Source of the DNA: Raillietiella orientalis
Taxonomy: Eukaryota
NCBI GenBank assembly: GCA_036172245.1
Contig: JAYWIR010000006.1
Coordinates: 5,270,001 to 5,334,000 of the forward strand
DNA length: 64,000 nucleotides
Direction: 5' to 3'
Shown piece by piece: positions 36,977 through 49,032 of this stretch. The translations under genes and the position numbers were made by a program. Below the pieces are notes generated by a model that saw nothing but the letters and a program-made list of their open reading frames with translations, had not been told where the DNA came from and searched no databases. Every line of letters starts with the position of its first letter. Position 1 is the stretch's first letter.

Positions 36977-39900
36977 GCACCGCCCATGATGGCAATAACG
37001 TTAGGAATCACGACCCCCTTAACGGCGACAATAGACAGCGAATCCCGATTTTGGGGTACCTGATTTCCATGTTCGGTCCACTGGGTTTTCTAAGCTTTTA
37101 TTCTCGTGCCCTAATTGCGCCCCTGGGCGTCCTACTGACGATTTGGGGGGGGGGGGGCAGGAAGTTACCAGTTTTCCTCCGTCGCAGACAGCTGGATTCC
37201 GCCTTCCGAGGAGAGACAGGGACTTCGCGTCGAGCAGAAAGGTAAGAAGGTAGGGAAAATGGACCACCCGGTGGTAGAACGAGCCACTCGCTCGCTTTCT
37301 GCCGCCATTGGCACCTGTCCTCAGTACGTCGGCCTCGTTCCGGAAAGCAGCGAGGGCGCTGTGCAGTGGTGCATGATAGGGACCGGCCGCTCCATGATGG
37401 GAAGATCCTCCTTCCCTGATTCGCGTCGCCTGGGGGATTCGCCGTGTCTCGGACGGAGCCGCCTGGAAGCCCCCAATGAAATCAAGGAGTCCCGGCAACA
37501 AATGACTGGTCCCAGGGGATTGCGCCCCAGGTCGGCAGACCCCGAATTCGATTAAATGCTTCCTGCGTTCACTCCAGCCTTTCTTCTATCCCCCTTCTCC
37601 TCCCTCCCAATCCTTCCCTCTCCCCCTCCTCCTGATCTTTCCCGTTTTTTTTTTTTTTTTTTTTCCCCTGCCATTTCTTTCCCTGATTTTGGTTCTTAGG
37701 AACCCGCTGACTGCAGAGACTGCCTAAAACCGGAAACTGGGAGCAAGGCGGTTCCAGTCCGGCGGGTTTCGGCGAGCCGCCGGTCGTGGTGCAGTCGTCC
37801 CCGCAGGGTGGAGGCACGCGCTCCGATGGAGCTCGACGGCGGTTCGACGGCTCGCGCGCGCCGTCCGGGAAAGAAAAAGGAACAGGGCGAGAGCGGTGGG
37901 GGGTGGGAGGGCGCAGGACCGCCGCCGAGGAAGGGATGCAGAAACAGGAAGTCTCCCGCGAGACAGGTCACGGAGAAGCGGGGTCGCGTGGCGCCAGGCC
38001 ACCAGAGGATCCGCAGGCGCAAAACGGGTGAGCGCGCGACCTCCCTCTTTCATAGTTTCCTTTAAAAGAAGAGAGGTAGGAAGGGGTGGGAGTAGAGCCT
38101 CTTTCCCTTGTTGACCCTTGGATTCCAGGCCCCGATTCCTCTGCTTCCTGAGCTTTCCCGAGCCTTGCGCACTGGCAGTATCATAGGCGAGGAAGGTGAC
38201 TGAGCCGTGATTATTGATAGTTGAAAACTTTCCCAAGCGCTCCGCAGTTCTCTGCGGGTTGCGCACACCCGCACAGCAGCGCGCGAGCGCGAGCGCCACA
38301 TCTGAAGGAACTGCTTGATTTCGGACCGTAGGCACTCCCGCGCGCTTTCCAAACGCATCGGCTGGTTTCCACAGCAACTCTCCGCCTCGTGGACGCGCTC
38401 TCGAGAGTCTTGATCTTCCCGCTGCCCCCGGAGCGCGTCAAAGCTTCCACGGTTGGAGGAAGCCTGTAAACCGTGGGCAAGCCCCCCAGGGAAAGAGCCG
38501 AGAGAGTCTCCTGGCCTTATCCCGATGAAAACGCCCAGTTCCGCTTCGATCCAGGAGCGGACGGGATTTTCCTCTTCGCTTCCACCACCTCTTTCCTTCC
38601 CCCATCTCTCCCCTTCCTCCTGTCTCTATCTTCAGGTCTGAAGGCGCGCAGCAGGCTCTGTCTTGAGGGACTCGTGCCCCCGGGCTGCAGGAAGAGCCGA
38701 ACCCTCCCGAGAGGCGGTCGGTTCTTCGCCTTTCACGTCCTGGGCAGCCGTCCGGCAAGCCAGGATGGCCCCTCGGGGAAGCTCCTGTACACCTTGAACG
38801 AGGGAGTGCCAAGAAAGTGGTTTCCACGCGCATCCGACCACTGAGGCTCCTCTACCGGGATGAGGGAGAGACTTCCCGGAGGTCAGCGGGCGGACAGGTG
38901 TTCGGTGCCCTTTCTGGAGAGGTCAACGTCGTTTCTTGTGATGGCACCAAGGCCGGCGAGCGAGCCGAGGAACCACCCGCGACTCTCGCGGGAGGCGCCC
39001 GGGTGCACAGCTTCCGCTCGCGGCCGTCGAGAGATCAGAGAACGCGAATCCTCCTTATCAGGAGGAGTTCTTGGGCGGATCGGCAGCGGCCGCGACGCCT
39101 CTGGTGCTGACCTGAGGAGCTGCCTCCGCGTGGAGGGAAGGACGCCGCTGGAGGCGGCGCCCCGTGGCCCTCTACTCTCCACTTCCGCCTTTTCCCCTTC
39201 CTCCGTCGTTGCCACGGAAAAGATACGCGTCCTTCCGTCCGGCCTCCATCACGATCTTGGGTATCCGATCGCTCCCGAAAGGAGGCAGTGGCCCTTGGGT
39301 TCCGGCGGAGGGATCGATCCCTCATGAAAAGAGGAAGCGTTGCGTGGCATGCTGTGAGGGACACTTCCGGCATTCGATGGCACCGCCTCGCAGATGCCTT
39401 CTTCCCTCCTTCCTTGGATGGAGCTTCCCGTCCTCGTCGCATCCTGCAGGAGAGCTGTGCGCGCAGAGGAGGAGGAGGAGGAGGAGGAGGGCAGACCGTC
39501 GTTGCCTGGGTGCCGTCCTCCGTCCCGCAAGGCGCGCAGTCGCGGCGCGCTCGCATCCTTGCGAGTCATCGCATGTCGCGCTCAACCATGGGCAACCACG
39601 AGGGCATCTATGCTAGGTAGCGAGGAGAAGAACAAGAGGAAGGGGTAGCGAGGAGGAAAAGAAGGAGAGGCGGAACGGAGGATGCAGAGGAAGGGAAGGG
39701 AAAAGGAAGCAGAATAGGAGGAAGAGAGGGGGAAAGGAAGAGGAAGAGTGGAGGAGAGGAGGAGGAATCCATTATGCTTTCGGTGTTAGTATTGATTTTT
39801 ACATATGATTTATTGTTGGTTTGTGTAATGAGATGTGCGCGAATTTTGAAAACGTAGATGAGTGGTGGTAATTTAATTTCTTCCTTCGCCGTCGGAATCC

Positions 39901-40419
39901 TCTGGCCAGTCCATTGGGCGCGCGCGAGTCTCTTCCGATGACCTTTGGGATGCCTCGCGGGTACGTGGAAAGGGGTCCCCTGGAAAGATCCCAGGGGAAC
40001 TTTCTAGTCCACAAAGAGCTTCATGCCCCTGCTGACCTGCCAGCCGAACTCGTCCACCTCCAGAGATTCTGCCACCACGTTCGAGCCGCCTGCTACTTCC
40101 AATCAGGGGTTCCTCCACCATCTTCCCTTCCCCCCCATTCCTTCCTCTTCCGCAGCATCTGTGCGAACGCAGCGCTTCGTTTCCGCGGTCTCGGCGCGCC
40201 ATTGGCAGTCTCGGCTTCGCTCCCCGTGTCTGCGCCACGGAGGCCGGATGGAGCTGATGCAGCTTCCCCTTATCTGGAGTTGGCGACCAGAAGGATGAGC
40301 GGAGATCCCGACAGACTTCTCCTCCGGAGGAGAAAACAGAGGGATGCCTCGGGTTTGGAGACTCCGAAAGGACCGACAGGCGGGAGGCTGGACTCCCTCT
40401 CAGAAAGGGAGGGATCGCG

Positions 40420-40960
40420 GTGAAGGAGCGAGCGCTGCCTCTGTGTGGTACTCGGATGTAGGTGCAGCTGCTTCGGCCTAATCAGCGAGCTGAGAGAGCC
40501 CGGGTGCGTCGCAAATGAGTACCGAAGTCGCGGAGGAGAGAACTGGATGCGTGTCGACTCATCGAGATCCGACATCAGAGCTTTTCGAGAAGGCAGGGTA
40601 ATCTCGAAAGCATCCGGGTCTGTTTCTGCCCAGCCCACTGCATCTGAACTGCAAAGGAAGAGGCTGATGATTCCCAAGATCACTTCGGATGTTACGGCTC
40701 CGGAGACGGAAGCTCGGATGCTTCAAAGCGCAGCGTCTCGCGGGAGAAAGGCACCAGCCGCGCGCTTCCCGGACACGACCGGACCATTCGTCGTCCTGAC
40801 AGCTCGGAAGAGTCCGCAGTCGGAAAGGTCGCTCGAGGCAAGCAAATCTCCAAGGATGTGTTCCTCATATGACCTTTTGCAAGTCTCTTGCGGGAGGGGA
40901 GAACCGGAGACACACGTCAGGCAACCCGAGATTATCAGGAACGCTTCCAGGGGACTCCAG
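40420..40960 (-). pseudogene. Tyrosine recombinase (XerC/phage integrase-like) catalytic-domain relic
   Basis: One frame with one internal stop (40723-40725): FLIISGCLTCV (~40925; box I LL..TG.R.SE), ISLFLCS, then STRIQFSPPRLRYSFATH (SPP...ATH at 40539-40504; box II SPH.LRHSFATH) and LHLHPSTTQ (GH..I.TTQ.Y). Confidence 0.6.
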
Positions 40961-40999
40961 GAGAATTCGTTAGGTGCCCAAGGGAAAACTGGGTGTCCA

Positions 41000-41200
41000 G
41001 GGATGAGGAGGAGGAGGAAGGGGAAGGAAAGAGGAAAAAGAGGGGAGAGAAAGGAAGAGGAATGGAAGAAGAGAAGGATGAAGGAGGAACAGAGAAAAGG
41101 AAGAGGAGCAGACAATTAAAGAAGACGAGGAGGAAGAGGAATGGAAGAGGAAGAGGAAGGGAGGAGGGTCAAGAGGAAACGGAAGAGGGGGGAGGAATAG
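41000..41200 (+). repeat. Polypurine (GA-rich) tract
   Basis: Almost pure G/A sequence. Similar tracts at 39620-39765, 44210-44340 and 50770-50845. Confidence 0.95.
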
Positions 41201-41251
41201 AAGGCGTTAAGGTGTGGAGAAGAGTCCGCGCGCACCCCTGAGCGATGGCCG

Positions 41252-41595
41252 ATGGCAGACGAAGCGTGCCGAATAGGAACTGGAGCTCTCCTTTCGAGGC
41301 ACCATCGCCGCGGAGCCAAAAGGCATGACGTCTGCTGGGATCCGTGGCGCGGGCGAAACTCGGGAGCTCCCCGCAAGGACGTTCTCCCGCCGTTCCCGAA
41401 AAGGAGTGAAAAATGCTCAGAAGGGATTCTCGTTTGGAGCCAATCGAGAGCTCCCGCAGGGTTCCAGCGACCGGGAAGGGAAAAGAAAGCAATCCCTCCA
41501 GGTGGCGCCACCTAGACGGAGATCGAGGACCTTCGGACCGAAGGAAATACTCACCCGGAACGTCTGGGGCAGGAAAGCAAGGTCTTCCTTGCGAG
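41252..41595 (+). mobile_element. Gypsy-type RNase H remnant
   Basis: ADEACRIGTGALLSR (TDAS..G.GAVLSQ), then RWRHLDG...RKYSPGTSG..QGLP (RW.L.L.....I.Y.PG..N..AD.LSR). Confidence 0.55.
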
Positions 41596-42569
41596 GTCGG
41601 TGGGATCTTTGCCGTTTTGAGGAGAAGACGATCCCTCTTCTTTTTGAGAGGCGCGAGCGCAAACACCACCAAAACTGGGATCGCCTCGGACGCCGCCTTC
41701 GGGGAAATCACCCCTTTTTTGTAGAAGGAGAAGGAAGGGGGGGGGGGAGAGAATGGGCTCATGGGCTCTGCATTGAATACACGAAGAAGGGTCTTCTTTT
41801 CCCCTCCCGTTCCCGCTACCCCAATTCGTCTGGTCCCTTCCCTCGTTTGCGTCCCCGGTGGCTCAGACTAAAGCACCAAAGGCCGGGAGTCGCTCCAGGC
41901 GTCCCCTCACTCTCTAGAGAGAGAGCAAACGAAAGGGAGAAAACGAAAAACACGCGTGCACGCGATGCTCCTGTGCACAGGCTCAGGCTCCCTCAATGTG
42001 CAGACGACGAAATTCGCCGCCAGCCTGGCCATTTCACCAGCCGCCCCAGAGTCGTAGCTTCCCCCGAGAGGAAGCGGAAATGGAAGGCGAAAGCATCCCC
42101 ATCGTCCCATCCTATTTTTCCAGGCGCATCCTTCTCATCACAGGAAGACCCCGGCAGGAGATAACTCTGCGGACGAAGAATCGACTTTCCCGCCCCTCGA
42201 GGCATGGAGGACCACTCCAGAGGCCATGTGCGACGCTCGGGTTGAATGGCAGCGAAGACGCCCGTTCCTTATGCGGGAAGGGCTCCAGAGGCTCAGATCT
42301 CTCTCTCCCTTTTTTCTTTTTATTCTCCCTAGACCCGCGATGTCGGAAGATGAGAAGATGCCGAGAAAGAGTCAGTCGCCCGTTGCCGCAGCAGCAGGGC
42401 TCTTTCCGCGCTTTGCAGAGTGAGGACGCCGGAGAGCTCCACGGAGCTTCCCGGTTCGAGAGCACCCGTTCCTGAAGAGCGCAGCTCGGAGAAGACTCCT
42501 CCACATCCTCTAGCAGCATCCATGCAGAACGTCGGAACGTCGCGTTTCCTCCCTGGTTCAGGCGGGCGC

Positions 42570-43030
42570 CTCAGAGGCGCTCTGGTCGTCACTCTGCCCC
42601 CGAACGCTCTCGACAGCGTCACAAGGGAGGGTTTCCGGTACTGTCGGGTGGACCAGGGGACCGAGCAGCAGGGACCCGCAGGAAGCCGCCCTCAAGGCCG
42701 CCGAGAGGAGCAGGAGCGCCGCTCCCCAAGGGAACGACCCTCGGGAAACATCCCGCTCGGCTCGTCCCGGAGGTCCTCCTGGATCGAAGCTCGTTGGCGC
42801 TTCCGGGCAGTGGAGGATCCCGGCCTCCCGCTGGTCGGTGCTTCCCGGGAGCAGGCAAGCGAATCCCGCGGGGAAGACGCCAGGCGAGAGCACGTGACCG
42901 CGCGCGCGTCCCTGCATTCCGTCGTCCTCCGGCGCGCCTGCGGCGGCTGTGAGACGCCCGGCTCGCTCCAGAGAGGGCACGGAACCTGATTGCCCGCCTC
43001 CATCGGGGATCATCTTGCGGGAAGCCGAGC
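42570..43030 (+). mobile_element. LINE RT remnant
   Basis: ALVVTLPPNALDSVTRE (cf. LD..NAFDSV.H), and downstream SIGDHLA (cf. ADDLV). Confidence 0.4.
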
Positions 43031-43561
43031 GCCCGGTAGGGCCCCGAGGGCTTCGCCACGGATGGCGGAGTCCCCAGCTCCTGGAGAGCGGATCATGGCT
43101 CCTTCCTTTCTCAGTGCCAGACGGGAGGTGGGCCGTAGGGACGAGGACCAGGATCCTCCCTCGTTCCAACCGACCGACAGCACCAGCGCCTAAGCTCCCT
43201 TCCTGCGGCTTCCGAGGTCACACTCTCTGATTCCTCCGCCAATCCGCGGCCTCCCCCGGAACGGGCTTCCAGCGCGGGGGCAGTTTGAAGACGCCGCCGG
43301 CAAGAGAGTCAACGAGAGGTCAGGATGCAGCAGGGAGGGGGGGAAGAGGCCTCGGGGTAGCCGGCGGCTCCATTTTCATCGATCCCCTCCCCTCATTCCT
43401 TCCATCTCCTGAGGAGCACACGCTTCCCGGTGCTTCCTGGAAGCGCGTGGTTCCCTCCGTCTTGCGCGCCACCTGCCTTCCTTGACGCATTGCTGCGTCC
43501 CGATGGAATTCTTCTGGGGTCTCTTGCTTCCTTTTCTTCCTTATTCGCCTTCCACCCCCGC

Positions 43562-44445
43562 CTTTTCTTGGTTCTCAAGGGGTTCTGAAGAACCATTGGC
43601 CACCTTGCGGGGGGCTCAGAAAACTCTTGAAGCACCGCCCAGCCTTTTTTCGGGGTGCATGTGATTCTTAAAGTTATAGGGAGTGACCCTGGAAGGGTGG
43701 ACCACCCTACGAAACCAGGCAGGCTCCGGAGGAAGGGGAATCCGTCCCTCTTGAGAGTAGGAGGGAACCCTCGCCTCGGTCTCCTCCGAAGGGGAACTTC
43801 TCTTCCCTGTTGTCTTCAGAGGGGACCACCCTTCGTTTCTTCCCGGGAAGGACCCTCCGGAAAGGATCCGCTCTCGGAATTCCTTCTCCGGAGGGAACTT
43901 CGAAGGGGAATCCTTTCCTTGTTCTCTCTGGAAAGAGATACCTCCCGGAAAGAAGCTGCTCCTGATTTCCCCGCCTGAAGAGAACTCCTCTAATGGATGC
44001 CTCCAAATTTCCCTCAAGGGTCGCCCTCCGAAGGGAGCTGCGCGATTCTCGGACACTCTGGAGAGGCAACCCCAGAGAAGGGGAGGGGTTACTAATTCCA
44101 TCGTACGAGACGGAGAGACTCCCCCGAAGAAGAAAGGCGGACAACAGCTCTATTTTCACAGCCTAAGGGGATCCCGAAGGGAACAGATCTCTTGATTTCT
44201 GGACGGCTTCCGGAGGAAGGAGGAAGAGCAAAGGACGAGGAGGAGGAAGGAAGGAGGAACAGAGGAAAGGAAGAGGAGGAGGAAGAAGAGAGAGGAAAAG
44301 GAGGAAGAGAGAAGGGGAAAGATAGATAAGGAAGAAGGGTCGACCAGGGGGGTCGACTTGCAATCCCGGCCGATGAGCGGGGTCGTCCAGCTTCCGCCAG
44401 TGCTGCCGCTTTCGAGTGGGCTAACCAGCGTCATCTTGCGGAAGT
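43562..44445 (-). mobile_element. SINE-like family, copy D (interrupted by a purine tract at 44210-44340)
   Basis: 44344-44441 aligns to the reverse complement of 28350-28443. The body matches copies A-C, and the 3' end reads ..cagaaccccttgagaaccaagaaaa on the minus strand. Confidence 0.8.
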
Positions 44446-45929
44446 ACCCGCGACTCCCGGCGCCTCCGCGCGCGGCGGCGGCCGCAGCCGCGGGCCGACT
44501 TTCGGGCCGGCTGAACGGGCTGGAACGGCAGCCGGCGATTGGACTCCGGGAAAGTTTTCAGCTCCAGCGGAGCCGAGAGTCATGATCTCCGCAGCCTCCG
44601 TCGATCAAGAGGAAACCCCGTTCGGCTCGCGCCCTTCTTCCAGAACCGCCGGGTCCCGAGGCGCCTCGGCAGGCAATCCATCCTTCCGGGCGAAACCAGA
44701 GATCCCCGTTCGGGCGGCGCTCAGGAACGCGTGGAGGCGACCGCGGGTTGGTGCCGATCGGATGGCGCCCAGTCAACCGTCAGACCCGCAGATGGATGGG
44801 GTTCGCAGCCTCCCTCCCCGCAAAGCGCGGCAACAGCTGCCTGGGGGCCGGCTGCGCCCAGAGAACGCTGACTGACGCTGCTAGGGAGTTCCGCCGACGG
44901 GCCGGCAGCCTTCACTGATTTCCTGGAAGACCCTCCGGGGTACGTCGTCCGGCCGGACTGGTCTCAGAGACCGGAGGAGGGCCTCTGCCCGCTCTGTACC
45001 TTGGAGCGCATCCACCTGACCCTAGGCAGCAGGAAGGGTCGATCGCTTGAGGTGGCAGCTGAAGCGCGGACCTCGTCGCGGGCCTGTGCCGGTCTTTGCT
45101 ACCCCACTGACCGCCTTCGCCCCGTACCAGCCGTGCCAGTAATGGTGGTCCAGACGTACGGGAACCTGGCACCTGGAGCAAGGTCACGTGCTCCCTCTCA
45201 GGAGCGTGGCAGGGGGATCCGGGGGAGGGCAGAGTGGCTCGCTTTTGGCCCTCCGTTTGAGGGCAAGCCGGTGGCGCGTCATGGTTTTCCGCTTTGGTAC
45301 CTCCTCGAGTCTGCGCCTCGGGGAACCTTGCGGTGCGTCAGGAAAGCCGGACTCATGACGCCTTTCCTGACCTCGGAAGCTCCGGGTCAGACGAGCGGCG
45401 ACATGTGATCCGGGAATCAGGAGGTTTGTCCCCGGTCGAAGCTATTTCCCTCCCTCCTCCCCCCCTCATTTTTCCTCGGCTGTGTTTCCTGGAGAGGAAG
45501 GCCACTCGTAACAGTAACTTATGGACGGTATCCAGGCAACTTATGGACGCCGCCAGCGGCGGGGAAACGCAGGGACCGCTGTTCCTTCTTTCGCTGTCCT
45601 CAGGCGGGGTCCTTGAACTGCATTTCGCAGAAGAGTCGCCTCTTCCTCTAGATCTCTTCACGGTTTCATGGAAACAGACTCCGAGCGGTCACCGGGATGG
45701 CATCGCATCCCGAGAGCGGCTCCCGGCAGAGACACGGCGCGAGGAGGGAGGAGGCAGGTGAGCACAAGGCTCGCCCTGCCGTTGCGCAGCGCACCAGCAC
45801 GAGCCTTCAGGGGGAGAGCAGGATGAATCCCTGCGGGTCTCGGCTCCCGCAGGAGAGGAGGAGGCGCGGCATGCGGAGATTGTTGCGGGATTTCCGGAAC
45901 CTGATCACTTTGGCCTTCCCTCCCTCCCG

Positions 45930-46250
45930 AGCTTCTCCCTGGCAGGCATCTCATCGGGCAGCTTCCAGGAGCACATGACCAGCCAGCACGATCTGGGTGC
46001 AAGAATTCAGGTGCAACCCTCAATCCAGGAAGAGCAGCAGAACTTCCTCTTCCCCTTGCTGTTGGGAGTGTTTTCCGCTCTGCGTCCCGGGTCCTCCCGA
46101 GCTCCCGGAAACCGGACGCGGAAGCGCGGCACTTCGCGGCTCCTCCGCTCTCAGTGCTGCACGCAACCTAAACGCAACCGGCTCACCATGGCGACGCTAG
46201 AGGACCCTCTGGAAGAAACATGCGTTGCCTTGCTATCGACCTCCAGGTTG
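45930..46250 (+). mobile_element. Non-LTR RT remnant, CRE/R2-like
   Basis: DLGARIQVQP (GARL.AL.K), LPLAVGSVFRS (RPIAVG.VLRR), RCLAIDLQVA (L.ID..NAF). Confidence 0.45.
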
Positions 46251-49032
46251 CTCCGAAGACAGCCCATCCGACCACTGCCGTCTGCTCATCCACTGACCAT
46301 TTCCTCCCTCCCTGCCTATTTACCTATTACTCTGGTCCCATTCTAAACACTGCAGCCCATTCGCTCGTTGCCTATTCACCACCATTGCCTCTCTGTTTGC
46401 TTCCTACTTGTCCACCGCCTGTTCATCTACTGGCTATCCGAGGACTCTTTTTCTACTGACCAACCACACTAGGATGTATCTCATGTGACCACGCGTGGAC
46501 GGAGCAGGAGTGATACCCACGAACGGGGACGCGTCAAGGCGAGATGCAGGCCGGGAGTTGACCTCTTTCCCCGGGAGGAGGGGAGCTGCTGGCCTCTTCC
46601 GTGGCAGGCAGAGGGACGGGACAGGCTCCTGACGAAAGGAAAGGTCCCGCGAGAGGATGGGGCGGGACGCCGGCGATCCTGCTCGGGGGAGGAGAGGTAG
46701 TGCGTGGGGGTGCTCTCCTCGGCGTCGGGTCTCCTCCCATCGGTCCCCGCGAGCCGGGGGAACTCCGCTGCGTGTCCCCCTCTTCCGCCCCTCGCAGCGC
46801 GTCGAGGGGGCGGGAGAGGCTGTCCCGGGGGTTCGCATGCAGCGTTCCTCCCTTTTCTCTTCCTTCTCGGAGGGGGAGGGGAAGAGCGGCACGTGGCCAC
46901 TGACGGGGTGCCTCGACTCTCAGTTTCAATTGATGGGCACCTTTGTTCTCGCCCGCGGTGGAGGAGGAGGAAGAGGAGGAGAAGACCCGCTTGCGGACGG
47001 GAGGCGCAAACGGGAGAGCTCTGCAGCGGCGCTCCCTTTGCTTCACCCCGTCTCTCCTTCTCCTCTCCCCCCCCCTTCTGCCCTTTTTGTTCCGCTTTCC
47101 GCCTGTGGCAACCCGGAAACGCGGAAAATTCTCTCGGGCAATTTTTCATCGATTTCGGATGGCTCAGCGATCCCGAAAATAAATCTCTGCGCCGCCTCCC
47201 GCTCGCTCCGCGGAAGTGGCGGCGGCGGATCCGTCGGAGGAGCCGGCGGGGAAGAGGGGAAGGAGGAGAGTGGCGCGCGGGAACCGCGAACCGCTCTCGC
47301 CGCCGGCCCTGGAGCTGGGAGAAGGGGATGGGGGGGCAAGTGATCCCGGAGCGTCCGGTCCGGCGACGCACGGTCCTGGTGGCACCGCGGTTCTGCTCCT
47401 TCCGGGAGTGAGGGAGCAGGGAGGAACACCCTCTCCATCACCAGGAAGATCCCATGGGATTACCCGTTTCGCCCCTTCGGGGCGCCCTTCCCAGCTTCCC
47501 TCTCCTCTTCCTCCCGCAGAACGCGTCCCTGAGCGACCCGAGGGCGCCGGCGCTCGCCCGCGCGACACTTCGCGTCGCCGCCACCGCCGCCACCTCGGTC
47601 ACGTGGTCGGGCCCAAGCAACGGAACCCGGTCCGACAGATTGGTCGGCGAGCTCAGGAAACGCCGCTGCCGTTGAGATGCGGCGGACGCAGCCAGGCACG
47701 TCGGAACGAGCTACCTCATGATCATTAGGCGCCATAAAAACAGGTTGCCGGGCAACAAAAAAGAGAGCTGGCATCTTCGCCGACTCTGCTGCCTGCTCAG
47801 CAGGAGGGATGGCGAAGGGAGCGCCAGGCGGAGGAGACGCGGATGGCGGCCCATGAGTGGATCCCCCCTCCCTCCCCTTCAGAATTTCTGGACTAAGGAG
47901 CGCGGCCGGCTTGCTGGAGGAAAGGGGGAGGAGGCGACCCTGCTGGGGAGCAAGAAACCCCTGACCGAGCCAAGGGGGACGCGGGGGAAGTGATCCCTGC
48001 CCGGACTGGCGGCTCGCCTTCGGTCCGCGGCGGGGATCGAGGTGCGAGCCTCCAGCTCGGACAGGTTCGAGCGGCGAGGAGCGCTGGACCTGGCAGACGG
48101 GCCCTCCTCCGGCGGCCCGCAGTGGTGGTGGGCGTGGTCGGCGGCGGACTCGTCCTTCGCTGCTGCGGGGCCCCTGAGAAGACTTTCCCCGATTTCCTGG
48201 AACTGGGTGGAAGGCGCGACTCCCGCCCGCCTGGCCCGCGCGAAGAGGAAGGGCACCAACTCGCGCAGTATTCTCGCGGCATCCCACGCGTGACGCGAAC
48301 GACCGGAAGCGCAACGGCAGGAGTCGGGAGGAGCCACGACGGACGCATCTCCCCGCCGATCCGGGTGCCGTCGCCGCCGATGGGAGGCTCCATTTGACAG
48401 GCCCCCAAGGGGTCGGATCCTCCTTCGGGGATGCGGGCATCGCTTCCGGAAAGTGTCAGGGGATCAGGAAAAGGAGGGGGGAAGGCACTGGAAGGAAGAT
48501 GGCCTCCCTGCTTCAGCATGCCCAGATCGTTGGGCTCGACCTCCCCCCAAGAAGAGAGGCGGTGTTTGCGCACCTCAAGGAGGAGGGTGGGAGGTGAGGG
48601 GTTGCTTCGATTAGACCCCCCTTCCTGGGCGCGCTTTCACGAGCACGTTGGGAGGTGGTGGCGGCGTCTGTCCCTCTCGTGTTATCCCCGCGCAGCTCCC
48701 TTTCCCACCTTAAAGACCTCCGCTGGCACGGACCCTCACGCGTGCCTTCAATAAAAAGCGTCGGGCTGCCCGAGATTGGGGAGAGAGGATGCTCGGAGAA
48801 GAGTCGGGAGGACGAAAAAATGATGTCTCCCCCTCCCCTCCTCTCCTCCCCCTCTTCCCGTCCGGAGTGCAATAAGGGAGGAGATCAATTAATCTGCGGG
48901 ATAATTGCGCTCCTGGATTTAATGCTTCGGCTGATGGAAGGTAAATCAGTTGTGACAGCGACGGGGCGCAGCACGCACTTCCGTCGTGGCGCGGCGGAGC
49001 GATCGGCAGGCGTGCTCTCGCCGTGACGGACG

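Noticed and set aside
38800..38940. Further weak LINE-like motifs (SDH...FWR; also ~7300, ~25600, ~45120, ~52440, ~58960)
   Set aside because: Isolated single motifs without enough collinear support to list as features.
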